Of a stretch of 64,000 nt of DNA, positions 1 through 12,600 are shown in pieces. This DNA comes from Phoronis australis (lineage: Eukaryota > Animalia > Phoronida). The notes beneath the pieces are model-generated. The model worked only from the letters and a program-made list of their open reading frames with translations, had not been told where the DNA came from and did not search any database. The position numbers and the translations under genes were made by a program. Location: the NCBI GenBank assembly GCA_002633005.1, contig NMRA01000109.1, forward strand, positions 656,624 through 720,623. Reading direction: 5' to 3'. How positions within the stretch are numbered: position 1 is the stretch's first letter; the number at the start of each line of letters is the position of its first letter.

Positions 1-405
1 ATGATTTACTTAACCGGTCCTAGATGGTCTTTCAAACGCTTTTCATCAAAAATTGTCAAACTGAAACTCTGTGTATATTTCGTGTACTTTAAAAATGGAA
101 TTGGACTGTCAGTGATCTGTCAGCTTGTCAATCACAGCATTTATACTTTTGGTGTTTCCCCAGTATACTTCATTAAATAAAACCACATCTCATATGAGCG
201 GCATTTTAACTAATCACAGCATTAATGCTTCTGATGATGGGGTGGACCTTAGTGTATTAATCTCAACATTTATACTTGTGATGTTTCTCCAGTACACTTC
301 ATCAATTAAATCACGTCTTGTGATGGAGTAGAGGTTACCTTATCAAAGCTGCTGCCAACTGTTCAATCACAGTATCTGATCTGGTGCCATTACTGCCATT
401 TTCAG

Positions 406-643
406 GGTGCCCCTCAACAGACTTCAACAGCCAATGTCATCGTCCGTGTGTTGGACGTCAATGACAACACCCCCGAGTTTGAACGCAACAAGTACAAGAC
501 AAGAATGCGTGAGAATGTGAGGCCTGTGGCTGACATAATACAAGTGATGGCTACTAGCCGGGATTCTGGCGTGAATGCTGAGATCACATACTCCATTGTT
601 GGCGGCAATGATCACAGCAAGTTTAAGATAGACCGACGGACAG
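406..643 (+). CDS. FAT1: Fat exon: cadherin repeat
   Basis: ttcag|GGT...ACA G|gt; GAPQQTSTANVIVRVLDVNDNTPEF...FKIDRRT. Confidence 0.92.
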
Positions 644-3600
644 GTTTGTGAAAGTTCTTCTCATGTTTGCTGATTAAAGAGAAAATTGTCGGCCATTTTG
701 TGAAGGGAAATTGTGTTAAGCTTTCTATGTAACCGCTAAGTGTGGTTTGGTGGAATAATAGTTACATGTAGTTGCATTAACTTGAGTAAAACTATTAATT
801 ACCTTAATTGGCAATTAGTTTCAAAGATTTAAATGATTTAAGGTTTGCTATTGATATTTTTAGTTTGCGCAGCCAACGAACTTTGATGGCTATTGCCCCA
901 ATGTAGTAGTTTCTTGTAACTATATTTGCAGGTCACATTCAACTTATCTCCCCTGTGGACTACGATCAAGGTGAACGGGAATTCTTCCTCACTGTACAGG
1001 CCAACACACCCTCGCTTAGCAACACCACGATAGTCGAGATACAGGTGCTGGACTCCAATGACAACCCACCTGTATTTGCTAAACCGATCTATGAGAAGAT
1101 TGTGGTCCTCGAGGATGCCGTACCTGGGGATACAGTCTTACAGGTATGTTGATGTGAAAAGGGTCGCTGATTGTTTTGAAATACATGTTGAATGTCCAAA
1201 ATAGAACCAGAGATGTCAGCACTGAATTATGAGTGCATTTCAGATTATAAAGATATTTGGACAAAACGATGTGTGTGAAGGTAGCAGCTTTCGGTATTTA
1301 GTATGGGCTTTAGAGTCACTTTCATAACTCCTTGTCCTAGTTCGGTAAATTTCTTCAGCATTGGACAAAAGTAATTATGGACACTTTTTGTTTTTTCAAG
1401 GACTTGATACATTGCTGCAATTGCCCATTTTACCAAATGTTGATTGCTGTTAGCAATGCTTACAATGTTATAGAAAATCATGTCATCTTTTTTTGACGAA
1501 GTAATCTTTCAGTTTCCTACCGAATTGTGTCCAAAATTTATCTTCTTCACGAATACTGCTTCTAAAAGGTTTTCTTTGTAACCCATCAGCTTCAAGCCAG
1601 TGATCGGGACAGTCCAGCCAATTCCAAAATTACATACAGCATCACCGACGGCGATGACCTGGGTCAATTTGACATCGACTCAGACAATGGTTACATTACT
1701 GTAGCCAAACCACTGGACAGAGAAACTGTAAGTAAATTTATTGCATACTAACTAATCTAGACTTTCTAAAATGTTTGATAATTTTATATGTTTAGTGGCT
1801 TGTAATGCTTATGTTGTCACGCGCATATATGTACATGTTCACGTGCACATACATATGTACGTACACGTACATCTATGTATGTATATGTACATATGTATAT
1901 GTGCATTATGCTTTCATTTATGTGCACTGTCTCGTGGATTTTGTTTTCACTGTTACTCGGTGGCGTTAGAATTTTTTGATAAAAGTCGACAGACCATTTT
2001 CTCAGGTTCTCAAATGGACAGTAAATGAATCTGAATTGATCACTGAGGTAAAATAGAAATAACACTCTTGTTTTTTCTTGGGTAGTTCTGGTGCAGCAGT
2101 CAATGCTCATCTTCTTATTTTGTTGCAGTTCTCGTCTTGAGATGCCACTTTAGCAGATTGGAGGGTGATATTGGAGGGTGATATTCTGACTAAAAAGTTA
2201 GAGTACTCTGACAATGATTTACTAGGAAATGTATATTTAAATAATTTAAAATTTGTTAATTGAAATTAATGCAATTGATGTGTGCTTGTTTTTTGTTTTT
2301 ATGTGTTTTGTTTTTGTTTAGGTACCCAACTACAGTCTAGTGGTCACAGCTGTTGATAGCGGCATGGTACCACAGTCAGGCTCTGTCAGTGTACTTATCG
2401 AAGTACAAGATGCCAATGACAATGCACCCTGGTTTGACCAGGCAAACTACTCCGCTGTTGTGCAGGTATGTTGTTGAAACTTTTTGCAGGCAGTGGGAAT
2501 GATTTTGTGGCTGTCTTGGCTGCCATCAGAATGGCTCACAGTTTCAAATGTGACTTCATTTCTGCTTGTTGAACATATTTTGAGAAATTAGATTTAAAGT
2601 TTAATATTTTGGTGTGACCTTTTGTTTTTAACAGGATTCATAAACTTGTAGATTTTTTATTTCAAAGTTGAATATTTTAAAATGGAATTTAGAACCCTTT
2701 TGTTTGCTTAATTAAAAAGTCCCAAAATTCGTCCATTTAACTACAAAAATTCCCTATGCCAATGATAACGATTGGACCTCGTTTCCCTTCTATTAACATT
2801 GAGACATTTCAGTTTGCTATTCCCAAGTGATTTTCCCCGAGTTGAACTTCTAATTCTTTTAAGCTAACTCATTTGCATTCCATTCTGCTGACATTAGACT
2901 AGACTGAGGCTGATTTAGGTGTTCTCTGTGTTAACAACTTGTTTTACCTGGCGGTTACAGGTGAATGAACACGGTCTCTCTCGCGGCCAGGTTTACACGC
3001 AGCAGAGCTATATAGTACGTTGTACTGTAGATGGTTTGTTGCAGTGATGCATCGTGTCACCCGCATGTTGTGAACTTTTACATTCACCCCTCACCTCACA
3101 TCATTTACTGACCTTTGGCCTCCACTGAGTTCAGGGGTCATGCCCTACATGTTGTCTGTTGTGGAAAACAGTTTTGGGTTCTTTGTTGTGCAGTTGTCTT
3201 TGTCTTGTTAGTTTTTGTGATTTGTACAAATTTTTAGTTTTGTGTATCGTCTTTTGGCACATAATATCTTATAATTTAAAATTACACTGTTTTTGTTATA
3301 GTTTGGTCTGCATGCAAAGGTACTAGTTTTTAAATTAATAGGATCATGCTGTTAATTAACTTAGCATGGTTGTTGCATGCTATTCAGGTTGCTATAGTGA
3401 TGGCACTCACATACTGAGTGAAAGTCGAGCATTAATTCACGCTTCTTGTACAGAGCACGATATAGGCACTTTTAGATTAGAAGAAGACACAGAAACACTA
3501 GTGCAACCTAGTGTTGTTTTCTGATTTTAACATTACACCAATACACAGCCAATTAATGTTAGCGAGATCAGCACCTTTCACACACTGTGTTCCATGATAC

Positions 3601-6600
3601 AGTTGTAATTGATATGAGATTACTGTTGTGGAGTAGGTTCTATCAATACAAGCATTTTTGTGCACCACATATTTATATGTGGGTGCATTATGCCGTCAAC
3701 CGTGTACGGCATCCGCTGCTGTATCTCCAAAACCACTTAATGGATGTTCGTGATATTTTGCGGACGTGTTCCTATCATGGATTAGATGTCGAGCAAATTT
3801 TTGGACAGATCCATCTACCAGTGTACCCCCAGTGACAAGTTTAATTTTTTTGCCCCTGTGTTTTTTGGAGTTCCATTTTATGTAATTTGACAGTATTTCT
3901 TAAGGAGACTACAATGGTGTCTCATTTTAGGATGGATTCAACATATTGGGAAGAGGATGGCTGTCAATGATTTGCGGACACCTCCAACTGCTGTAGCATC
4001 TCCTAGCGGCAGTTTTATTTTTTCTCGTCCGTGGCTGTATCTCCTAAACCTCTTGTAGGATCTTAAATAAAAAAACGTTTGTGTTGCAGTTGTGGGTGCA
4101 TTTCAATGCTTGGCATTGCACTTGGTTTACTTTGCGTTCGCCTGGATATCTACCAGTTTTCTTGATGGATGTTCTTGTTACTATTATTTAGCAACAGCAC
4201 CAGCCTTGCTTTAGATGGATTTGATCGATATTGCGCCCCCTAGTGGCCTTTGTATTGTTTTTTGTGTCCTTTGCCGTCTGCCTCCCCAACCAAGAAAAAC
4301 CATGATGAAAGGTGGGAGTTTTTTCCTATTGAGGAGAGCATTTCAGAATTGCTTTTGCACCCCCTGGAGACGATTACTAAATTAACTAGTATTCCTCTAT
4401 CGGTGGGAATGTTAGAAATAATGATCATTTCTAATATCTGCACTGTATGCGATACACACGGTGGGCGCATATCAATGCTTTGTGTTGCTCTTGTTCATAC
4501 ATACGCATGGTAATTGCCATGAGTCATGGGCTGATTTAGTTTAGAAGTTACTTTTTTATGTCCCTTGGAACAGTTTTTCATGAGTTTTGCTGGCATGTTT
4601 CCATAATAGCATACTGTGAAGTGTTAACGATGTCTGTGCAGTCTAGCTGATGGAAAATAGTGTCGTTGTGAACTTTTATGATGTGTCTAGCTGTTGTATT
4701 TGTCAAATGATTTTCTTGCAATGCACTTTGCTTCTTCAATAACTGTCATTCAAGTTGCTGCATTAGGACATAGTCTTCATGCAAGTATAGTGCACCGTTA
4801 TGTACTAGTTGACTACATACTCTCTCAATATATTCATGTCTTGTGCTGTGAAGTTGTTGGTTACTGCCATAGTGGACTGCTTGTGTTGTCATAGTTGCTG
4901 CGTTTCTTTACTGTATGGATGGGAAATGACATCGTTACAGTGATTTAATGTTAGTCATTTTAAATTTATTTCCAGGAAAATCTGCCTGTTGAGCTGCAGC
5001 TGCTGCAGGTCAAGGTCACTGATGCCGACCTTGGCTCTAATGGCCCACCATTCCAGTTTGACATCATTGGCGGAAATGACCACAACGAATTCCGCATCGA
5101 CTCTTCAGGCAACCTGTCAACTGTGTATCGGTTTGACCGGCGGCTCAAGGACACGTATAGTCTGGTTGTCCGTGTGTATGACAATGGCTCTCCTCCTCTG
5201 TATAATGAAACTACCATCACAGTCAATGTAGTTGAGGAGAGTGCCTTCCCTCCACAAGTTACTCCACTCTCGCTGTCTGTCAATGCCTACCTGAAAGTGT
5301 TCCCCGGTGGCGTTATAGGGCGTGTGCGGGCCACCGATCGGGACCCTTACGATAAACTCACCTATGCATTAGTGTCAAACAATGCCAATCTGTTCGTTAT
5401 CGATGCTAGTAATGGAACCATCAAGGCAGAGAGCTTGGATAGTGGACTATATACCTTGAATGTTAGTGTGACGGACGGCCGTAATACAGTATACACAGAT
5501 GTGTCCTTAGAGGTTCATGCCATCTCTGAAGATATCCTCAACAATGCGGTCACTGTTAGACTTGCCAAGGTGACTCCTGAAGCATTTGTTAATGAACTCC
5601 GAGATGAGTTCATCCGCACAATTCATGACAACTTCCGTTCGCGACTAGTGCACATCCTGAGCGTACAGCAGGCACGTGATACAAGTCGTCGCAAACGCAG
5701 GTCTGAAACACGTGATAGTATTGATGTTCTTGTTGCTGTTGTCAAGCACAATGGCGTTCTGTACAGGAGTCGCCAGCTCCGACGTCGTCTAGAAACAGCA
5801 TTAGGTACCGCTAGTGCATTTGACGTGGTCAAGGTGTTCCACGATGCGTGCACTAAGGACTTCCTGTGTGGTGAGCGGGAGGTGTGTAAGACATTCTACG
5901 AGTTGAACAAAGATGAGATGATTAACATTGAGACGGACCAAGGCAACTTTGTGTCCTTCAGATATGCCATGGTGCCCAAGTGTGTGTGTAGAGGTAAGAC
6001 TATTTTACAACGTACGTCAGTTTAATGTGTCACGAGTGAGGAACCAGTCAGTATTATTCAATGATCCTTTGGTGCCGTTGACCTTATGAGGAAACATATG
6101 CACATTGGATTGTGGGAAACCTAGTCATCATAGCAAAATGTAATGTCCCATCAACAGGTGGTGCTACTGGCAAGACTGGTATCCCATAAATCTCCTCATG
6201 TGCATGCATCAGTTTTTGTCCTGACTCTTTAATCGCTTTGCTTCTGTTCTGTAGTTGTCCATGAATGTCTTCATTGTAGCTTTCCCTCATGAACAGATCT
6301 TGTTGGTCTCACAGTGAACTGATGACAGTCAGAATGCACTTTTTTCAATTACAGTTCAATGTTCGAATAATATTTTGCTTTAAGTATTTATTTATTGAAT
6401 ATAATTCGAAAGCGTGATCTGCTCAGCCAGTAACAGCTTCTCAACATGACATTCTGATAAAATAATATCTAAATTGGATTGGCCTGTGTGTGTAGTATTT
6501 CTGAATGTTAGATTCACTGTCTTCTATTTGTTGAAAACTCCATACTTCAAAATCAAATACGTCAATATGCTGGCTCAAACTTAAATTTATTAACAAATAT

Positions 6601-9600
6601 CTCCACAGGTGATAAGTGCATAGGTGTGATCTCCGAGGACCCATGCCAGCCCAACCCGTGCCCTGCCCATGAGGTGTGTCGGCCACGCGAGGACATGAGT
6701 TACGTGTGCACGTGTCCTGATGGGAGAACAGGAGACAAGTGTCAGCTGGAGGAACCAGACACAAACTGTGTAGACGGGAAGTGTGTCAAAGGTCAGTGTT
6801 AGAAATGTATTGAGTTGACAATGAACAATCTTACCATCCTGAGTTAGGGACTTTCACATGTTGTGCTTTATGTATTGATCTCCTTAATGCTGACGGGTTG
6901 TTTTTGGAATGAGAAGCTATAAAAATTGGGATGGTGAGATTGAAATGAAGATTTGTTTATTAATAATTGTGATCATCTATTATATTCTAAACCCAGAAGT
7001 CAGTTCAATGTAAAGAAATACACTCGTTGTATTATAATTAATGTCTTAAGGTGATATCAATTGTTTCTTGGAAGACTCAAATGTTTGATTTAGACCATTT
7101 ATGTACTACTTAAAAGTAGTTTGTGGGCTAGGAAAGATGCGACAGTTTGTTGTTGTTTTGAGACAAGCCCAATCTTTAGCAGTAACAAACTGACTGTTCT
7201 TTGCGAACACAGAAGTAATCTTGTTTGAGCAAGCAACAGTTCACAACTCTAAGTTTTCTTAATTTTTGTAACTGTTCATAGATCTGTGCAGCTTTAAGTC
7301 TTCTCTGATTAGCACTTAATTTGCCCTATGTATGCAATGTTTGGTTATTCAAAGTCTTTTATTCGCTTATTTCATTCTTTATTTTTGATCCTGCAGAGAA
7401 ACGTCCAATGACATTTACGGGAGACAGCTACGTCCGATGGCGATTGGTGCAAGGGATAGAGCGTCAGCTCAGATTGAAGATGAGGCTGCGCACCCTGCAG
7501 GAGAGTGGTGTTATCATGTACGCCTCAGGATTGACGGATTATAGTATACTGGAGGTATGTATTTACTGTCATTGAGGTGTTTTTGAGAGAGAATCAGCTT
7601 ACATAATTCAACAAAACATTAGTTGTGTTAATTGAAAATTGTTCATTAATTAATACATGTAAATTAAGTAAAATGATTGGAGCCTTCAATATCGTATTTA
7701 CGTTATTTACAAGTAGGCCTACACATATTTTGTTGATGTTTTGTCGTCTGCTACAAGTGTGACTGTAAACTAAAGTGGTGTGTCGTTGATGTTCAAATTA
7801 CATGGCACTGTTGCACATTCATTGTATCACACGTATGCAGTGTTATTGTTAGCAATTAAAACTCAAAGAATACTTAATTTGCAAAATAGGCGAGGGTAAA
7901 TTTCATTTCCGTGTTGTCAACAATTCGAAAAATATGTAGTGAGAATCTGTGGTCTTTTAGAATAGCATTTCTTCTTCAGCTGTACATTTTTCTCTTGCGA
8001 CAGATCTACGACGGTCAAATACGCTACCGCTTCGACTGCGGCAGTGGTCCTGCCTACGTGCTGATCAGCAAGAAAGTCAATGATGGTTTCTGGCATGATG
8101 TGGAGGTTGAGCGACAGGGCAAGCATGCTAAGGTGACCTTGGACAGCCTTTATATAGACCAGGGGGAGGCCCTGGGTACCAAAGGCGTGGTTGACCTATC
8201 CAGTAAAGATGTGTACTTTGGTGCAGAGCACAATGGCTTCACACCACGTAACCAGTTCAAGGGTTGTATGCGTGGTATAACGCTCAACGGGGAACTGTTG
8301 CCTTACGATGGTGCCAACAGTGTTGCTCTTGACCAGACTTTCAAGAATGTTGAGTTCGCATGTCGTGACTCATACATGCCTGGTAAGGAGTTGCTTTGTT
8401 TTTTCTCACTTTTCCGATTGATTTTAATGTATTATGAACATTTAAAAGGATACTAAACCGTGTTAAGTGATTTCAACTAATCCTTGTTCTGTCCCCTGCT
8501 AATTTGCCATTACCTCTCACTTGAGTGATAAAAGTAAAAACTTACTCACAGTGTCACAGATTGGTTATTGTGGTTCTTGGTGGGTGGTTTCACAGTTGTG
8601 TAACTCCCATAAAGGGTAAATAATGACTTTCTCGGGAGTTTTCAAATGTCTACAGCACAAGCCCAGCACAGGCACACCAGTTACTCCCAAGGGTGTGACT
8701 TGAGTGAAGACTAACTCGCTGGATTCTTGCATTACTGAGCATTTTTTGGATTTAGTGTACTGTGTAATCTGCATCAATGCCTGCTAAGTCCTCATAGGTG
8801 TCAATCCTCTCATTGCATATTGTTACAGGAGTCTGCACCAGCAACCCTTGTCAGAACCACGGCAAGTGTATACCAGAGGGGCCCACCAGACGGCGCTGCG
8901 AGTGTCCCCCTCGCTTCGTCGGTACCAACTGCGAGTACGACAGGAACCCGTGTGCTTCCAACCCTTGCCTAAACGGTGGTCAGTGTCAGAACCTGCAGAA
9001 TAACTACAAGTGTGTGTGTAAAGGGCGTTTCCACGGCAAGCGCTGTGACTATGGCATGTACTGCGAGCCCAACCCTTGTCTGAATGGTGGCGTGTGTGAG
9101 GAGGGGTCCAACGGAGCACTCTGCACCTGCAAAGGCTTCACAGGTAATACAAACTCATTTTATTGGTTAGACTTAGTGTTGAGGAAGTTGGCTGGTTTCG
9201 TGTTGGTTTTTGCTAAGTCGTTAAGCGACATTCCAAAATGTGAACTCCACTGGTAGTGTCTTTTATGGCAAATAGAGCTGCAGGTTTTGGAAGTTTTTGA
9301 ATATGTTTTCGATGGATTTTTAACTTTTCAGTACCTTTGAAAAACTTAAAAACTCACCACAAATTCACTTGGCAGATGCCCAAATATATCCAAAAACAAC
9401 AAGTCCATGTTGCTAGTGTACAGTGTATGTACGCTATGCCATTACTCAAGTCATGGGCAACTTGATAACAGGCACATGTTGTACACTATTATTACAATGA
9501 AAATTACGGCACCACTTAGCTGGTGTTTACACATCTAAGAAAATCTGATGAATTTTTAATAAAAAGTATGATGAGTCAGATAGACAAGTTCCAATATTCA

Positions 9601-12600
9601 CTTGGCGTAGCAGCCTAAAAGTATTTGTGGAAACTTTGAAATTCTTAGATTCATCAGATTGAAAAAATCTAATTCAAATTACAGACACCTGGTGGACAGA
9701 GACACCTGGTGGCTGCTTAAAGTATTGCTTACATGTGTCTGGTAACTGACAATTTCCTGATAACTGGCATGAGTTGTGATGTCTCATGAAATTTTTCTGC
9801 ACCCACAAAAACTTTTGTGGTCGCATATAGTCGGCATCCCGTCTGTTTGTTCGTCCATCTGTCTGTCTGTCAGTCAGTCTATCGTTATCATTTCTTGTCT
9901 GTCAGTAGTCTCAAAAACCACTTCGCGGATCATGATGAAATTTGGTATAGAAGTATTTGGCGGGGATGCACCAGCACCAGTCGATTTTTGGACGGATTTG
10001 GCTACCATGGTAACCCATGTTGAGTGTTATAGTTTTTGACAAGCCATTCCTTGTGCATCGATTACCTCAAAAACTTGCTTGGTGAATCACGATGAAATTC
10101 AATACACAGGTATATGGCAAGAATGCGCCGGCACCAGTCGATTTTTGGACGGATTCAACTACTGTGGCAACCCTTGTTTTGCGACTGCTCAAGTTATTCC
10201 TTGTCCGCCAATTATTTTGAACCCGCATAACGGATCATGATGACATTTTGCGTAGAGATAGATGGCGAGGATGTGCCGGCACCAGTTGATTTTCGAACTG
10301 ATTTGGCTGCCGTAGCACCCCCTGTTGGCCATTTTAGTGTTCGACAAGACAGGTTGATTATCTCAAAAACCGCTTGACACAACTAGATGAAATTTGGCAC
10401 ACGGATATATGGCAGGGATGGATGCGCTGACAGCAGTCGATTTTCACTTTTATTCGACCACCTTCTTGGTCGCTTTAGTTTTCGACAACATTCGACAAGC
10501 CAGCAATTTCTTGTCCATGTTTCATCCAAGTTCTTAACTGATCATGATGTGTGCCCTAGAGGCAATTTGTTAACAAGTGTTGCGCCCTCTTGTACCAATT
10601 TTGAGTAATGAGCACCCCTAGTACCTGCCATTTGCAGTGCACACGAAGGGCGCATACTTACATTTTTGTTCATTAAGCACCATTCACTGGCATGCATGTG
10701 TGAAGTTTTATTCCTTGTCTGGGAGGAAGCTGATGTTGTGTCTGCTGGACCGTTGTAGGCTCACGATACACTGAAGATCGAAAATATCCAAAGAGAATTA
10801 AACCTGACATGTACATTACCATGTATAATTCAAGCATATTTTAAAAATGTTATGGTGGTTGCATTTTATATTTCTACTTGATTAAAAATTATGGGTGGTG
10901 GGCTGGAGAAACCAAAGAAAAATATGGGCGGTGGGTAAAAAATGAAAGTGCCTCCCGATCCCATACGTTTTTTACTGGGACAGCCATTACCTTCTTGAGG
11001 TATGTTGCAGTAATAGCTGATGAACTGCAGAATACTACAGATTGCCTTTCAGTGAGATAGTTAATGTTGCGATCACACGGAAATTAACTGACTCTTTCCA
11101 ACAGTTGTAATGGGTCCTCAAAGTGACTTCAAGCAGACCGTTTCATACTTTTAATTACTCTACTTCAGGTAATCACTGTGAGTTCGTCATTGATGAGGAT
11201 ACGAACTATGCCGAGATAGAATCCAATGGGATTAATATGAGGACGGAGGAGATTGTTGGGATAGCAGGTAATGTAGAATGTCACCATGGTATTGGACAGG
11301 CAATCATGTGTCGGCATTGGTGATAGTGTGGTTCTGTTTACCATAAATATCCTGATTGTGTGCTGGGTTCTTATTGATAAGTTTCTGTGAACAGCCATGT
11401 TTGATTCAAATGGTTTCAGTTGTCTTTTTTTGCTGAAAATATTAATTGAAAATATCTCGTGTTTGTTTTGATGTCTGGGTGTCCTAATTAATCTCAGAAA
11501 AATTATCTGGATTTCCTGGACACAGGATGCCAACTCAGTTATGTTGTCATGGTATCTATCATAACATATGTCACGTAGTGTCTGCGTCTTTCTGTATGCA
11601 AGGAATAATGTAGCCTCTTTTCTGTCCTCAGGTGTCGGTGTCGGCCTCATATTTATCGTCGTGATATTTGTGTTTGTCCGTCGGTGGTATGTTCGTCGCC
11701 GACGTTCTAATATGCAGCGCCATAACCCATCAGATAGTGACTTGTTCCGCAAAGAGGACTTTCAGCGCAACAAACTCAGCAATCTGGAAACTGGCGCCTC
11801 GGCAAATGCATACCCCCCACCAAGCCCTCGCCCACCCCCTGTGCCCACTCGACCGGCTTCGTACACGCCTAGCAGTAACCATGAGTCTCTCAACACACTG
11901 AATAACTTTGACAGTGTGCGCAACTATGGTAGCGCCGCTGATGAGTTAGATACGTGCCAGGCGGCTTCGATTTACTCACCCGAGTTTTTGTCTAGTTTCC
12001 AACAGGAGCTGCCCAAGAACCCGATGGCATCGGTAGCACCATCGTTGCCACCACCACCTCCATCAAATTCAGCCTCAGACACGGACTCAATTCAAAAGCC
12101 AGCTTGGGAGTTTGATTATCCCAACTTAAACGAGAATTACGCACAAGGTATGTGTGACTAAGCCTGCCTAGTAAACAGTGCCTTCTTTGATAATGACTTC
12201 TGGTACAGCAGGATTTCTGCCTTAATTTTGTACGTTCTCGCACAATTTCACACGATTTCAGTTATTTTACCAGGCTGAGATTTTCGCCTTTTACTTTCAT
12301 CATTTTTCTGATAGCAACAGTTTTTGCCATTTCCAGCACTTTAAAACTTGTTTGTTGAACACGAATAAAACTTCGTATTTAGTGGTATTGAGCAGAACTT
12401 TGATTAGTATCGACTGAAATGCTCTAGTGAGTGACAATGCATAGTTCTAATGTTGTGTTATAATCGTTTTCAGCAGAACCCAGTAATAAGCTGGATAAGA
12501 TCCTGCCCAAAGATCTGCAAGCTGCCTGTAATCCTGGCTCCACGAGCAGTCTACCTGTGTCCGAGTCCGAGGATGATATGAATGGTGAGTTCTGATTCAC

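Noticed and set aside
4966-5283. Antisense ORFs over Fat exons (also 8823-9119, 11165-11752)
   Set aside because: Shadow frames of coding exons with no recognisable domains.
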